A stretch of 64,000 nt of DNA from Micromonosporaceae bacterium (GTDB lineage Bacteria > Actinomycetota > Actinomycetes > Mycobacteriales > Micromonosporaceae): NCBI GenBank assembly GCA_047459115.1, contig VSCG01000001.1:10488-74487 (forward strand), given 5' to 3'. Below the pieces are notes generated by a model. That model ran no database searches. It saw only the letters and a program-made list of their open reading frames with translations, and was not told where the DNA came from. Positions 50,228 to 60,453 of this stretch are shown piece after piece (the stretch's first letter is position 1; each line of letters begins with the position of its first letter). The position numbers were made by a program, and so were the translations under genes.

Positions 50228-51472
50228 TCAGCTCTTACCGATCGCGCCGCCGCCCAGCACCAGGCGCAGGATGCGGTCGTCGTCCGGGCGCGGATCACCC
50301 CGGCGATCATGGTTGGAGGTGGTTACCCACAGCGACCCGTCGGGAGCCCGCGCCGCAGCGCGCAGCCGGCCGTACTCCTTGTAGAGCAGGTCGCTCGGGG
50401 CGCCCAGGGCGCTGCCGCCCCCGGTCAGCTCGACCAACCACAGGCGCTCGCCCCGCAGGCTGGCGGCGACGACGATATTGCCGAGGATCGCCATCCCCGA
50501 CCACGACGCCTCGTTGGTCGGCTTGGTCACCAGCGGGTCCACGTACCGCGTGTCCTGGCCCATGCCCTCGACCTCGGGCCAGCCGTAGTTGCCCCCGGGC
50601 TCGATCCGGTTGATCTCGTCCCAGGTGTTCTGGCCGAACTCGGTCGCGAACAGCCGGCCCTGGTTGTCCCAGTCGAGCCCCTGCACGTTGCGGTGTCCGT
50701 AGGACCAGACCAGGGAGTTGGGGAAGGGGTTGCCAGGCGCCGGTTGCCCGTCCACGGTCATCCGCAGGATCTTGCCGCCGAGGCTGGTCAGGTCCTGCGC
50801 GTGGTCGGTCCGCCCCGCGTCGCCGGTGGTGGCGTAGAGGTACCCGTCCGGACCGAAGGCCAGCCCGCCGCCGTTATGGATGCCGCCGGCGGGGATGCCC
50901 GTGACGATCGGCTCCGGGCGACCGCCGAGCGTCAGGCGGGCGATCCGGTTGTCCTCACGGGTGGTGTAGTAGATGAAGACGGTGTGGTCGGTCTCGTAGG
51001 ACGGGGAGACGGCGATCCCCAGCAGGCCGCCCTCGCCGCGCGGCTCGGCCTCGTCGACCGTCTGCACCGGCGTGACCTTGAGCCCGCCCGCCTCGGTCTC
51101 CGGCCCGACCTTGAGGATCCGGCGGGTGTCCCGCTCGGTGACCAGCGCGCCGCCGTCGGGCAGGAACGCCACCCCCCAGGGCACCCGCAGCCCTTTGGCG
51201 ATCACCGTGAGCGCCCCACCCTCCACGCTGTTGCCGGATCCGCCGGCCGGGGCGGTGGGGGTGGGCAGGCTGGGCGGCGCGGCGGCCTGGTCGGGCGGTG
51301 GGGGGCCGAAGCTGCATCCGGCGAGCACGGCGAGCGCCGCGAGCACGGCGACGGTGGCGACCGCGCGGGTCCTGCCGGCCGTGAGGGTCCTGCCGGCCGT
51401 GGGGGTCCTGGCGCTGGTCACGCGGTCCAGCCTAACCATGACGGACATCCGCACTGATCCCCTTTCCGCCAC
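50228..51472 (-). CDS. PQQ-dependent sugar dehydrogenase (soluble glucose/sorbosone dehydrogenase-like), probable lipoprotein
   Basis: LAGCSF lipobox. [11 protein letters not shown]...LLGIAVSP...[20 protein letters not shown]...LGGKILR...[11 protein letters not shown]...[14 protein letters not shown]. Confidence 0.85.
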   Translation of the reverse strand: MAERGSVRMSVMVRLDRVTSARTPTAGRTLTAGRTRAVATVAVLAALAVLAGCSFGPPPPDQAAAPPSLPTPTAPAGGSGNSVEGGALTVIAKGLRVPWGVAFLPDGGALVTERDTRRILKVGPETEAGGLKVTPVQTVDEAEPRGEGGLLGIAVSPSYETDHTVFIYYTTREDNRIARLTLGGRPEPIVTGIPAGGIHNGGGLAFGPDGYLYATTGDAGRTDHAQDLTSLGGKILRMTVDGQPAPGNPFPNSLVWSYGHRNVQGLDWDNQGRLFATEFGQNTWDEINRIEPGGNYGWPEVEGMGQDTRYVDPLVTKPTNEASWSGMAILGNIVVAASLRGERLWLVELTGGGSALGAPSDLLYKEYGRLRAAARAPDGSLWVTTSNHDRRGDPRPDDDRILRLVLGGGAIGKS

Positions 51473-51661
51473 TCATCGGACCGGTCGGGCTGCGCGTCCC
51501 GCGGTCGCTGCGCGGGAGCGGCAGAAGTCGCTGCGCCCGGCCTGCAGAAAGTGCGCCCGGCGATAGGAGTTGAGGCACGTGCGCGCCGGCGGGTTCCGCG
51601 TGCGCAGCGGGCCGTCCGGCGCGCAGGCGGCCAGCGTGCCGCGGATCAGCGTGCGGCGGGG

Positions 51662-52072
51662 TCAGCGCGCCGGGTCGGGGGAGTCGGCCTCTTCGGCCGC
51701 GGTCAGCTCCTGTCCGCTGGCGGCGACGAGCCGGGGCAGATCGGCGGGGGTGACGGCGGTCAGCGTGACGACGGCCCCGTCGGTGAGCACCGCCGAGACC
51801 CGGCCGTGGCCGGTCGGTACGAGCTGGGCGATCCGGGCCCAGGGCAGCCGTCGCGAACCGAGCAGCGCGCGCACCTGCAGGCCGTGGCGGTCCGCGTCGG
51901 TGCCGGCGCGCCACGCCCAGACCGCGACCGCGAGCGGCACCAGCGGGATGGGCGCCAGCCAGGGTGAGGACGCCGCCACCGGGAGGGCGCCGACCAGCGC
52001 GACCACCGCCGCGACCGTGAGCGCGGCGTTGTGGCGGAAACGAATGATCCCTGCCCTGCGCACGATCCCCAT
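51662..52072 (-). CDS. PH-domain membrane protein (CFP-6/low-molecular-weight antigen 6-like)
   Basis: 136 aa from the internal ATG 52072. Two N-terminal TM helices, then WRAGTDADRHGLQVRALLGSRRLPWARI. Its position next to the ilv genes recalls M. tuberculosis cfp6. Confidence 0.65.
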   Translation of the reverse strand: MGIVRRAGIIRFRHNAALTVAAVVALVGALPVAASSPWLAPIPLVPLAVAVWAWRAGTDADRHGLQVRALLGSRRLPWARIAQLVPTGHGRVSAVLTDGAVVTLTAVTPADLPRLVAASGQELTAAEEADSPDPAR

Positions 52073-52180
52073 CGTCCCACCTGCGCGCCTGGCGGCGCAG
52101 CCCGGGGCCGCAGTGTGTCGTACCCCGGGTGGACGCTGGTTCGGCAGGTGCGGGAGCCGCGCCGTCGAGGAGGTTGTGCG

Positions 52181-53101
52181 ATGCCTGTTCTGCTCGCCAT
52201 CGGCACCGGCAAGGGTCTCTTCCTGGCCCGCAGCGAGGACGACCGCACGTCCTGGACGGTCAGCGGTCCGCACTTCCCGATGACCGGGGTGTACGCGGTG
52301 GCCATCGACAAGCGCCGGGGCGCGCCCCGGCTGCTGGCCGGTGTCACCAGCCCGCACTTCGGGCCGAGCGTGGCGACCAGCGACGATCTCGGTGTGTCGT
52401 GGTGGGAACCGGAGCGGGCGCCGCTCGCGTTTCCCGAGGACACCGGGGTCGCCCTGGAGCGCGTCTGGCAGTTGGCGCCGGGGCCGGCGGACCAGCCGGA
52501 CCGGGTGTACGCGGGGGTCCAGCCCTCGGCCCTGTTCCGCTCCGACGACGGCGGTCGGACGTACGAGCTGGTGCGCGGGCTGTGGGACCATCCGCACCGC
52601 GAGCACTGGGACGCGGGCGCGGGTGGGCAGGCGGTGCACACCGTGCTGCCGCACCCGGTCGACATCGCCACCGCGGTGGTGGCGATGTCGACCGGCGGGG
52701 TCTACCGCACCGTCGACCGCGGCGCGACCTGGACGGCGACCAACACCGGCATCCGGGCCTACTTTCTGCCCGACCAGTTCCCCGAGTTCGGCCAGTGCGT
52801 GCACAAGGTGGCCCGCGACGCGGCGGACCCGGACCGCCTGTACGCCCAGAACCACCACGGCGTCTACCGCTCGGACGACGGCGGCGCGACCTGGCGGTCG
52901 ATCGCCGACGGCCTGCCCCGCGAGCCGTACTACCCGGCCGTGCTGCGCGACGCGATGTGCGCCGACGACGCCGAACCGGCCGGGATCTACTTCGGTACGC
53001 GCTCCGGCGAGGTCTACGCCAGCCGGGACGAGGGCGACTCGTGGGCGCGCGTGGCGGCGCACCTGCCCGATGTGCTGTGCGTGCGGGCGGCGGTGGTGTG
53101 A
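52181..53101 (+). CDS. BNR/Asp-box repeat beta-propeller protein (sialidase-superfamily-like)
   Basis: Five Asp-box-like motifs: SDDLGVSW, SDDGGRTY, TVDRGATW, SDDGGATW, SRDEGDSW. GAGGAGG RBS before ATG 52181. Confidence 0.75.
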   Translation: MPVLLAIGTGKGLFLARSEDDRTSWTVSGPHFPMTGVYAVAIDKRRGAPRLLAGVTSPHFGPSVATSDDLGVSWWEPERAPLAFPEDTGVALERVWQLAPGPADQPDRVYAGVQPSALFRSDDGGRTYELVRGLWDHPHREHWDAGAGGQAVHTVLPHPVDIATAVVAMSTGGVYRTVDRGATWTATNTGIRAYFLPDQFPEFGQCVHKVARDAADPDRLYAQNHHGVYRSDDGGATWRSIADGLPREPYYPAVLRDAMCADDAEPAGIYFGTRSGEVYASRDEGDSWARVAAHLPDVLCVRAAVV

Positions 53102-53102
53102 G

Positions 53103-53378
53103 GTGCCGGTGCTGCTGGTGCCCGGGATGCTGCGCGGCGAGTGCGGCGGCGCCGCCCGGCTGACCGTCGACGGTTCGGGCACGCTGCGGGCCGTGCTGGA
53201 CGAGGTGGCGGCGCGCTGGCCGCGCCTGGAGCGGCGCATCCGCGACGAGCGGGGCGAGCTGCGCCGGTTCGTCAACGTGTACGTCGACGGGGAGGACTGT
53301 CGGCGTGGCGCCGGGCTGGACACGCCGGTCCCGCCGGGCGCGGAGATCCAGGTGCTGCCGAGCGTGGCCGGAGGCTGA
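53103..53378 (+). CDS. MoaD/ThiS-family ubiquitin-like small protein ending in Gly-Gly
   Basis: 91 aa ending ...EIQVLPSVAGG followed by a stop. It starts 2 nt after the propeller gene stop. Confidence 0.7.
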   Translation: MPVLLVPGMLRGECGGAARLTVDGSGTLRAVLDEVAARWPRLERRIRDERGELRRFVNVYVDGEDCRRGAGLDTPVPPGAEIQVLPSVAGG

Positions 53379-53466
53379 CCGTGGGGCGCTTCCCGGGCAT
53401 CCGCCGCGGGCAAGGCCGCCGGCACAGGCGCCTCGGGCCGCGGCCGGACAGCCGCCCGGCGCCGCC

Positions 53467-54738
53467 TCAGGCCGCCGGCCGCCAGCCCGGCATCGGGTAC
53501 GCGGCGAGCAGGTCGCGCACCTCGCCGGCGATGCGGTCCAGCGCCGACTGGTCGTCCTTGAGCCCAGCCGTCACCGCCGCGTCGATCCACGCCGCGACCT
53601 GGGGCATCTGCTCCTCGGTGAGGCCCCGCGTGGTCAACGCGGGGGTGCCCAGCCGGATGCCTGACGGGTTCCACGGCTTGCGCGGGTCGAAGGGCACGGT
53701 GTTGAAGTTCAGTACGATGCCGGCGCGGTCCAGCGCCTTGGCGGCCGGCTTGCCCTCGATCCCCTTGTTAGTCAGGTCCACGAGGATCAGGTGGTTGTCC
53801 GTGCCGCCGGAGACGAGGTCGAAGCCGCGCTCGGTCAACGCGGCCGCGAGCGCCTTGGCGTTCGCGACGACCTGGTGGGCGTACGCCCGGAACTCCGGCG
53901 TGGCCGCCTCCTTGAGCGCCACCGCGATGCCGGCGGTGGTGTGGTTGTGCGGGCCGCCCTGCAGGCCCGGGAAGACCGCCTTGTCGAGCGCCGCCGCGTG
54001 CTCGGCGGTGCTCATCAGCATCGCGCCGCGCGGCCCACGCAGCGTCTTGTGCGTGGTGGTGGAGATGACATCGGCGTGCCCGACCGGGGACGGATGGGCG
54101 CCGCCGGCGATCAGACCGGCGATGTGCGCGATGTCCGCCACGAGCAGCGCGCCGACCTCGCGGGCGATCTCGGCGAAGGCGGGGAAGTCGATCGTGCGCG
54201 GGATCGCCGTACCGCCGCAGAAGATCAGCTTCGGGCGCTCGCGGCGGGCGATGTCGCGGACCTGGTCCATGTCGATGCGGCCGGTTTCGCGGCCGACACC
54301 GTAGTGGACCGGGCGGAACCACTTGCCGGTGGCCGAGACGGGCGACCCGTGGGTGAGGTGGCCGCCGTGCGCCAGCTCCAGCGACAGGAAGGTGTCGCCG
54401 GGCGTCAGGAAAGCCAGGTAGATCGCCAGGTTGGCGGGGGAGCCCGAGTACGGCTGGACGTTGGCGTGCTCGACGCCGAACAGCGCCTTGGCCCGCTCGA
54501 TCGCCAGCGTCTCGATCGGGTCGATGAACTGCTGGCCCTCGTAGTAGCGCTTGCCGGCGTACCCCTCGGAGTACTTGTTGGTGAGCACCGTGCCGGTCGC
54601 CTCGAGCACCGCGGGGGAGACGTAGTTCTCCGACGGGATGAGGCGCAGCTTGTCGTGCTGCCGGTCGGCCTCCTGCTCGATCAGCCCGGCGAGTTCGGGG
54701 TCGGCGGCGTGCAGGTGGGGCAGGCGTGGCTCGTGCAT
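53467..54738 (-). CDS. glyA: Serine hydroxymethyltransferase
   Basis: LIPSENYVSPAVLEA...NKYSEGYAGKRYYEG...[21 protein letters not shown] before ATG 54738. The upstream part of the track ORF is the leader. Confidence 0.95.
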   Translation of the reverse strand: MHEPRLPHLHAADPELAGLIEQEADRQHDKLRLIPSENYVSPAVLEATGTVLTNKYSEGYAGKRYYEGQQFIDPIETLAIERAKALFGVEHANVQPYSGSPANLAIYLAFLTPGDTFLSLELAHGGHLTHGSPVSATGKWFRPVHYGVGRETGRIDMDQVRDIARRERPKLIFCGGTAIPRTIDFPAFAEIAREVGALLVADIAHIAGLIAGGAHPSPVGHADVISTTTHKTLRGPRGAMLMSTAEHAAALDKAVFPGLQGGPHNHTTAGIAVALKEAATPEFRAYAHQVVANAKALAAALTERGFDLVSGGTDNHLILVDLTNKGIEGKPAAKALDRAGIVLNFNTVPFDPRKPWNPSGIRLGTPALTTRGLTEEQMPQVAAWIDAAVTAGLKDDQSALDRIAGEVRDLLAAYPMPGWRPAA

Positions 54739-54754
54739 TCCGGACTCCTCGCGG

Positions 54755-54845
54755 TCGCCGGCACCCAGGCGCGCGGTGCACGGACAAAGGTCGCTCCCCG
54801 GTGGTCGATTCCACCCTCGACGGCGCCAGTCGCGGTTTGACCTGC
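54755..54845 (-). ncRNA. ZTP (pfl motif) riboswitch in the glyA leader
   Basis: The minus-strand RNA reads GGUCAAACCGCGACUGGCGCCGUCGAGGGUGGAAUCGACCACCGGGGAGCGACC...(linker)...CGCGCGCCUGGGUGCC. It contains the remembered conserved blocks GACUGGCG, a GGUGGA..ACCACC hairpin, GGGGAGCGACC and the 3' CGCCUGGG pseudoknot partner. glyA is a classic ZTP-regulated gene. Confidence 0.8.
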
Positions 54846-55315
54846 CCGATCCTAAATGAGCGTCACGGGGGCCAAGCCGCGCGGCCCGCGGTGGGCCGGC
54901 AGGCATTCTGTCGGCCACCCGACGCTCCCGCGCCGGGCGCCGGACGCAGCGGCGATCCCCGTGCGCCTTCCATGATCGACACGACTTCCCGCACGTCGCG
55001 GGGTTGAGCGTCCGCGACTTCCCGCATATCGGGGCGTTCGCGTCGTTTCGGCGCACGACATCCTGCAAAGCGCGGTGTCCGGGCCGCGCGATACCGCCAC
55101 ATGCGCGCAAGCTGAGTCGATCATGGCTGCGGACACCCCGATTTCATGAAACTCGCGCCCGCCACCGCGGCCCGGATACGCCGACATGCAGGATGTCGCG
55201 ACGATCACCCGGAGGGTGTCGGGTCCCGCATGATCATCCACACCGGCGCCAAGACCTCTCGCGGATCATCTGCGGCCGACGAGGTCCGCCGCGACGCTGG
55301 CCGAGTGGGTGGGAG

Positions 55316-55720
55316 TCAGCTTTCCCGCGCGAGCCGATCGCCGGTCACCGCGAGCAGCACGCTGTCGTCGGTCACGTCGGCGATCTCGTCCGCGGCGGCG
55401 TACCGGTCCCGGCCGACGCCGGGGCTGTCGATCTTGAAAAAGCCGATGCGCAGCAGGCGGGCGGCGACGCTCGGCGGGAGATCCGGCTCGGGGCCGGCGA
55501 CCGCCTCCGCGAGCTGCTCGACCAGCGTGTCCGGGCCCGTCTGCTGGCCCTGGATCGTCACCGCCTGCGGGTCGCCCATCTTCACGTAGTCGACGCGGCC
55601 GATGTCCTCGCCCGCGCTGTCCACCACGCGCATGCCCGAGACCACCGCGGTGAGCGGGTGCCTGCCCCGGCCGAGGGGCGCCGATTCGGGGGACGCCGGT
55701 TCGGGAGATGTCGAGCTCAT
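55316..55720 (-). CDS. PRC-barrel domain-like small protein
   Basis: 134 aa. MRVVDSAGEDIGRVDYVKMGD... and ...FFKIDSPGVGRDRYAAADEIADV resemble PRC-barrel/DUF2171-type proteins by eye. Confidence 0.55.
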   Translation of the reverse strand: MSSTSPEPASPESAPLGRGRHPLTAVVSGMRVVDSAGEDIGRVDYVKMGDPQAVTIQGQQTGPDTLVEQLAEAVAGPEPDLPPSVAARLLRIGFFKIDSPGVGRDRYAAADEIADVTDDSVLLAVTGDRLARES

Positions 55721-55863
55721 CCATCGCCTCCTCCGCTCGCCGTCCTCGTTTCCCCCGGGATCGGCCGGCCAACCGTCCCGACTCGACGTCGGCCGTTGAC
55801 ATAACGAGATTCGTTATGCATGCTCTGGGGGCCCCATAACGAAAAACGATAAGGAGGCCGGCG

Positions 55864-56607
55864 GTGAAGGCTCTGGGAAAGCGGACGGGCCTCGTGCTCA
55901 TGCGGGTGCTGCTCGGTGTCGCGATGGTGGTGGTCACCGCGGGCGCCGTGTCGGCGGTCGTCGGGCCCAAAGGTCTCGATATCGGTGGGCCCACGGTCCT
56001 GGGGGTGCTCCCGCCGCCGCCGTATGTGCCCCTGCTGTGGTGGGATACGGCGCCGGAGATCCCGGTGGTGCCCGACAGCGGTTTCCAGGCGAGAGTCGCC
56101 GAGGTGGGCGCGGAGGATTCCGGCGGGATCTTCGGCGCCACCCTCTTCCCCTGGAAGGACACCAGCGACGGCACCCGGGACGCCCGCACGGGCCTTCCTC
56201 CGGTGGAGCTGGGTTCGGAGATGGCGCTGTACGTTCTGCAGCCACCCTGGCGGGGTCGACTGGCCTACGCCGGCCCGGTGCTGTTCACGCAGGCGCTGGC
56301 GCTCACCGTGCTGGTGCTGCTGTGGCGCATCGTGGGCACGGTCGCGAGCGGAGAGGTGTTCGTCCGGGAGAACGCCCGGCGCATGCTCGCCATCGGGGTG
56401 ATCGTGGCCGTCGGCGGCTCGCTCGCGCAGGTGCTGCGGTACCTCGGCTGGGTCGACATGATCGAGCACTCCGCCGCCGCGGGCGTGGTCCGGGCCGCGT
56501 GGTCGTTCTCGTTCCTGCCGCTGCTGGCCGGCGCGGTCATCCTGCTGCTCGCCGAGGTGTTCCGCCAGGGCGTGCGGATACGGGCGGACGTGGAAGGGCT
56601 CGTGTGA
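55864..56607 (+). CDS. DUF2975-like membrane protein
   Basis: 247 aa with 4-5 TM segments. Contains GEVFVRENARRMLAIG, typical of DUF2975. It is paired with a YozG-type HTH gene that starts at its stop codon. Confidence 0.65.
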   Translation: MKALGKRTGLVLMRVLLGVAMVVVTAGAVSAVVGPKGLDIGGPTVLGVLPPPPYVPLLWWDTAPEIPVVPDSGFQARVAEVGAEDSGGIFGATLFPWKDTSDGTRDARTGLPPVELGSEMALYVLQPPWRGRLAYAGPVLFTQALALTVLVLLWRIVGTVASGEVFVRENARRMLAIGVIVAVGGSLAQVLRYLGWVDMIEHSAAAGVVRAAWSFSFLPLLAGAVILLLAEVFRQGVRIRADVEGLV

Positions 56608-56867
56608 TGGGTACCGGCGCCGCAGCGGACGGCCACCGGGTCGAGGTGCATCTCGATCGCCTGCTCGCGGCGCGCGGGATGACGCTGGTGGAGCTCTCCG
56701 AGCGGGTCGGCATCAGCGTGGTCAACCTGTCGGTGCTGAAGAACGGCCGCGCCCGGGCGATCCGGTTCTCCACGCTGACCGCGCTGTGCGACGCGCTGGA
56801 CTGCACTCCGGGCGAACTGCTCACCGTGCGGGCGCGGGCCGTCTCCGGCGAACCGGCCGCGGAGTAG
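56607..56867 (+). CDS. Helix-turn-helix (Xre/YozG-like) transcriptional regulator
   Basis: VHLDRLLAARGMTLVELSERVGISVVNLSVLKNGRARAIRFSTLTALCDALDCTPGELL. ATG 56607 overlaps the upstream TGA. Confidence 0.8.
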   Translation: MGTGAAADGHRVEVHLDRLLAARGMTLVELSERVGISVVNLSVLKNGRARAIRFSTLTALCDALDCTPGELLTVRARAVSGEPAAE

Positions 56868-56940
56868 CCGATCACCGGCCACCGTCATGTGCCGGCCGGC
56901 TCGGCCTCGCTGCGCACCACGCAGAACTCGTTGCCCTGCG

Positions 56941-58788
56941 TCAGTCGGGCACCCGGCGGTAGGCGCCGTCGCTCGCGCTGGTGGTCATCGAGGCGTAGGC
57001 GCGCAGCGCCGCCGAGACCGCGCGGTCGCGGTTGACCGGGGTGTACGGACGGTCCCGCTTCTCCTGGGCCACCCGGCGGGCGGCGAGCTCCTCGTCGGAC
57101 ACCTGCAGGCTGATCGACCGGGCCGGGATGTCGATCTCGATGATGTCCCCGTCCTCGACGAGCGCGATCGGGCCGCCGGCCGCCGCCTCCGGGGAGATGT
57201 GCCCGATCGACAGGCCCGACGTGCCGCCGGAGAAGCGCCCGTCGGTGATCAGCGCACAGGCGCGACCGAGCCCGCGTCCCTTGAGGAACGACGTGGGGTA
57301 CAGCATCTCCTGCATGCCCGGCCCGCCGCGGGGACCCTCGTAGCGCACCACCACCACGTCCCCGGCCACCACGTCGCCGCGCAGGATGGCCTCTACTGTC
57401 GACTCCTGCGACTCGAAGACCTTGGCGGGTCCGGAGAAGCGCAGGCACTCCTCCGGCACGCCGGCGGTCTTGACCACGCAACCGTCCGGGGCGAGGTTGC
57501 CGAACAGCACGGCCAGGCCGCCGTCGGCGGAGTAGGCGTGCGCCACGTCGCGGATGCAGCCCTCCGCCGCGTCGAGGTCCAAACTGGACCACCGGTTCTC
57601 GGTCGAGAACGGCTCGGTGGTGCGCACCCCGCCGGGCGCGGCGTGGAACAGGTCGATCGCCTCCGGCCGGGCGGACCCGCCGCGGACGTCCCACGCGGCC
57701 AGCCACTCGGCGAGCGACGGCGCGTGCACCGCGTGCACGTCGCGGTGCAGCAGCCCGGCGCGGTCCAGCTCGCCGAGGATGGCCGGAATGCCGCCGGCGC
57801 GGTGGACGTCCTCCATGTGGTACTTCTGCGAGTTCGGCGCGACCTTGACCAGGCACGGCACGCGGCGGGAGATGGCGTCGATGTCGGCGACGCTGAAATC
57901 CACCTCGGCCTCGCGGGCCGCCGCGAGCAGGTGCAGCACCGTGTTCGTGGAGCCGCCCATCGCCACGTCCAGCGTCATCGCGTTCTCGAAGGCGGCGCGG
58001 GTGGCGATCGAGCGGGGCAGCACGCTCTCGTCGTCGCCGTCGTAGTAGCGCTTGGCGAGGTCGACGACGAGCCGGCCGGCGTCCTCGAACAGCCGGCGTC
58101 GGGCGGCGTGCGTGGCGAGCACGGAACCGTTACCGGGCAGGGCGAGCCCGATCGCCTCGGTGAGGCAGTTCATGGAGTTGGCGGTGAACATGCCCGAGCA
58201 CGAGCCGCAGGTCGGGCAGGCCGACCGCTCGATGGTGTCGAGCTGCTGGTCGGTGACCGCCTGGTTCGACGAGGCGATCATGGCGTCGATCAGGTCGATC
58301 TTGCTGTGCACGATCCCCTCGATGGCGGTCGTCTTGCCCGCCTCCATCGGACCGCCGGAGACGAAGACCGTGGGGATGTTCAGCCGCAGCGCGGCGAGCA
58401 GCATGCCCGGGGTGATCTTGTCGCAGTTGGAGATGCAGACGAGGGCGTCGGCGCAGTGGGCGTTGACCATGTACTCGACCGCGTCGGCGATCAGCTCCCG
58501 GCTGGGCAGCGAGTAGAGCATGCCGCCGTGGCCCATCGCGATCCCGTCGTCGACCGCGATCGTGTTGAACTCCCGGCCGACCCCGCCGGCCGCGGCTACC
58601 GCGTCCGCCACCAGGCCGCCCATGTCCTTGAGGTGGACGTGCCCGGGCACGAACTGGGTGTAGCTGTTGGCGATCGCGACGATCGGCTTGCCGAAGTCGC
58701 TGTCGGTCATGCCGGTGGCGCGCCACAGGGCACGGGCGCCGGCCATGCTCCGACCGTGCGTGGAGGTCCTCGACCGCAGTTGGGGCAT
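56941..58788 (-). CDS. ilvD: Dihydroxy-acid dehydratase
   Basis: [27 protein letters not shown]...[20 protein letters not shown]...[16 protein letters not shown]...[18 protein letters not shown]... 615 aa from ATG 58788. Confidence 0.95.
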   Translation of the reverse strand: MPQLRSRTSTHGRSMAGARALWRATGMTDSDFGKPIVAIANSYTQFVPGHVHLKDMGGLVADAVAAAGGVGREFNTIAVDDGIAMGHGGMLYSLPSRELIADAVEYMVNAHCADALVCISNCDKITPGMLLAALRLNIPTVFVSGGPMEAGKTTAIEGIVHSKIDLIDAMIASSNQAVTDQQLDTIERSACPTCGSCSGMFTANSMNCLTEAIGLALPGNGSVLATHAARRRLFEDAGRLVVDLAKRYYDGDDESVLPRSIATRAAFENAMTLDVAMGGSTNTVLHLLAAAREAEVDFSVADIDAISRRVPCLVKVAPNSQKYHMEDVHRAGGIPAILGELDRAGLLHRDVHAVHAPSLAEWLAAWDVRGGSARPEAIDLFHAAPGGVRTTEPFSTENRWSSLDLDAAEGCIRDVAHAYSADGGLAVLFGNLAPDGCVVKTAGVPEECLRFSGPAKVFESQESTVEAILRGDVVAGDVVVVRYEGPRGGPGMQEMLYPTSFLKGRGLGRACALITDGRFSGGTSGLSIGHISPEAAAGGPIALVEDGDIIEIDIPARSISLQVSDEELAARRVAQEKRDRPYTPVNRDRAVSAALRAYASMTTSASDGAYRRVPD

Positions 58789-58956
58789 GTCGTCAAGTGT
58801 GGCACCGATCCGGCCCGTCCCGGGTGCCCCGTCCCGACCGCGTCCACCACCCGGGACGAGCCGGGCCCCGAGCCGGCCCCAAATCGGTCCCCGACCGGGG
58901 CCGGCGTCGCACATGCTGTCCCTACCCTCCGGCGGCCACGCCGCACAGTTGGATTC

Positions 58957-60453
58957 GTGCACCCGCCCGCCTCCGTGCTCCTCGTGGCGCTCGCCGGTCT
59001 GGCCGTCGCGTTGGTCCACCAGACCCTCGCCGTACGCCGCCTGCGCCGCGCCAACGCCCGGCTGGCAGCCAGTGACCGGCACCACCGTGAACTCGCCCAC
59101 ACCGACCCGCTGACCGGGCTGGCCAACCGTCGGGGACTGCTGCGGGTGATGCGGGAGCGGGCGGGTGCCGGCTGCGTGCTGCTCGCGATCGACCTGGACG
59201 GCTTCAAGAGCATCAACGACCTGCGCGGGCACGACGTCGGCGACGAGGTCCTCGCCGAGGTGGGACGGCGGCTGCACGGCCGACTGCGCTCCGGCGACGT
59301 CGCGGCCCGGCTCGGCGGAGACGAGTTCGCGGTCCTGATGTGGGCCCCGCCGGTCGAGGCCGAGCCGATCGCCCGCCGGCTGCTCGATGCGGTCTGCCGG
59401 CCGTACGAGCCGGCCGAGGGCGGCACCGTCTTCCTGTCCGCCAGTGCCGGTCTGGCCGACGCCGCGAGCGCAAAGAGCGCCGCGCGGTTGCTGCGCAACG
59501 CCGATCTCGCGCTGCGCGCGGCCAAGCAGCGCGGTAAGGCCCGCATCGAGCGGTACGAACCGGCGTACGAGGTGGCGGTGCGCCGGAGTACCACCGTCGA
59601 GCACGAGTTGCGCGGCGCGATCGACCGGGGCGAGCTGCGCCTCGCGTTTCAGCCGGTGGTCGCTCTGCCGTCGGTGCGTCCGGTCGGCGCGGAGGCTCTG
59701 CTGCGCTGGCACCACCCCGAGCTCGGCCAGGTCGCGCCCGGCGAGTTCATCCCGATCGCCGAGCGGAGCGGGCTCATGCCGCGGCTGGGTGCGTGGGTGC
59801 TGGGCCGGGCCTGCCATCAGCTCTCGCGGTGGCTCGCGGACGGCCACGACGTGTGGATGTCGGTGAACGTCTCCCCGGGCGAGCTGCGCTCCGGCGCGTA
59901 CCTGGACCGGGTGATCGGCGCCCTGCGGGCGCACCGCGTGCCGGCGCAGCGCCTCGTGCTGGAGATCACCGAGCACGACGTGGCGATCGGCGTGGACGAC
60001 CTGGTGGAGCGGCTGGGGGAGTTGCGGGCCCGGGGTGTGCGGATCGCCCTGGACGATTTCGGCGCGGGTTACTCGTCGCTGGGCCGGCTGCACCGGCTGC
60101 CGGTGGACATCCTGAAGATCGACAAGAGCCTGCTCGCCGAGCCGGCACCGGGGCCAGGGCTGCGCCCGGCCCCGCTGGTCCAGGTGGCGGTGTCGCTCGG
60201 CCAGCGGCTCGGCCTCACCGTGATCGCCGAGGGTGTGGCCGAGGTCGCGCACCGGCGCCTGCTCGAACAGGCCCGCTGCCCGTACGCTCAAGGAGTACTG
60301 TTCGGTTCGGCGACGCCGGCCGAGCACGTCGAGGCGATGCTCGCCGCCGCGGTGCCCGCCGTTCCGGCGGCCCCCGTGGTGCGCCGGGTGCCGCCACCGC
60401 CTTTCCAGATTGTGAGACCAGTTGACTCAGGCCATGAGATGCGTCAGTCTTGA
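58957..60453 (+). CDS. GGDEF-EAL protein with a single N-terminal TM helix
   Basis: [12 protein letters not shown]...[10 protein letters not shown] (GGDEF), FQPVVAL...VGAEALLRW...EITEHDV...[10 protein letters not shown] (EAL). GTG 58957 lies within the 1188-aa track ORF. Confidence 0.85.
   Translation: MHPPASVLLVALAGLAVALVHQTLAVRRLRRANARLAASDRHHRELAHTDPLTGLANRRGLLRVMRERAGAGCVLLAIDLDGFKSINDLRGHDVGDEVLAEVGRRLHGRLRSGDVAARLGGDEFAVLMWAPPVEAEPIARRLLDAVCRPYEPAEGGTVFLSASAGLADAASAKSAARLLRNADLALRAAKQRGKARIERYEPAYEVAVRRSTTVEHELRGAIDRGELRLAFQPVVALPSVRPVGAEALLRWHHPELGQVAPGEFIPIAERSGLMPRLGAWVLGRACHQLSRWLADGHDVWMSVNVSPGELRSGAYLDRVIGALRAHRVPAQRLVLEITEHDVAIGVDDLVERLGELRARGVRIALDDFGAGYSSLGRLHRLPVDILKIDKSLLAEPAPGPGLRPAPLVQVAVSLGQRLGLTVIAEGVAEVAHRRLLEQARCPYAQGVLFGSATPAEHVEAMLAAAVPAVPAAPVVRRVPPPPFQIVRPVDSGHEMRQS

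Noticed and set aside
56887-58956. N-terminal 690 aa of the 1188-aa plus-strand ORF 56887..60453, and the mirror-image 5' extension of minus ORF 56941..60327
   Set aside because: These parts are antisense to ilvD or to the GGDEF-EAL gene respectively. Only 58957-60453 (+) and 56941-58788 (-) carry family motifs and sensible starts.
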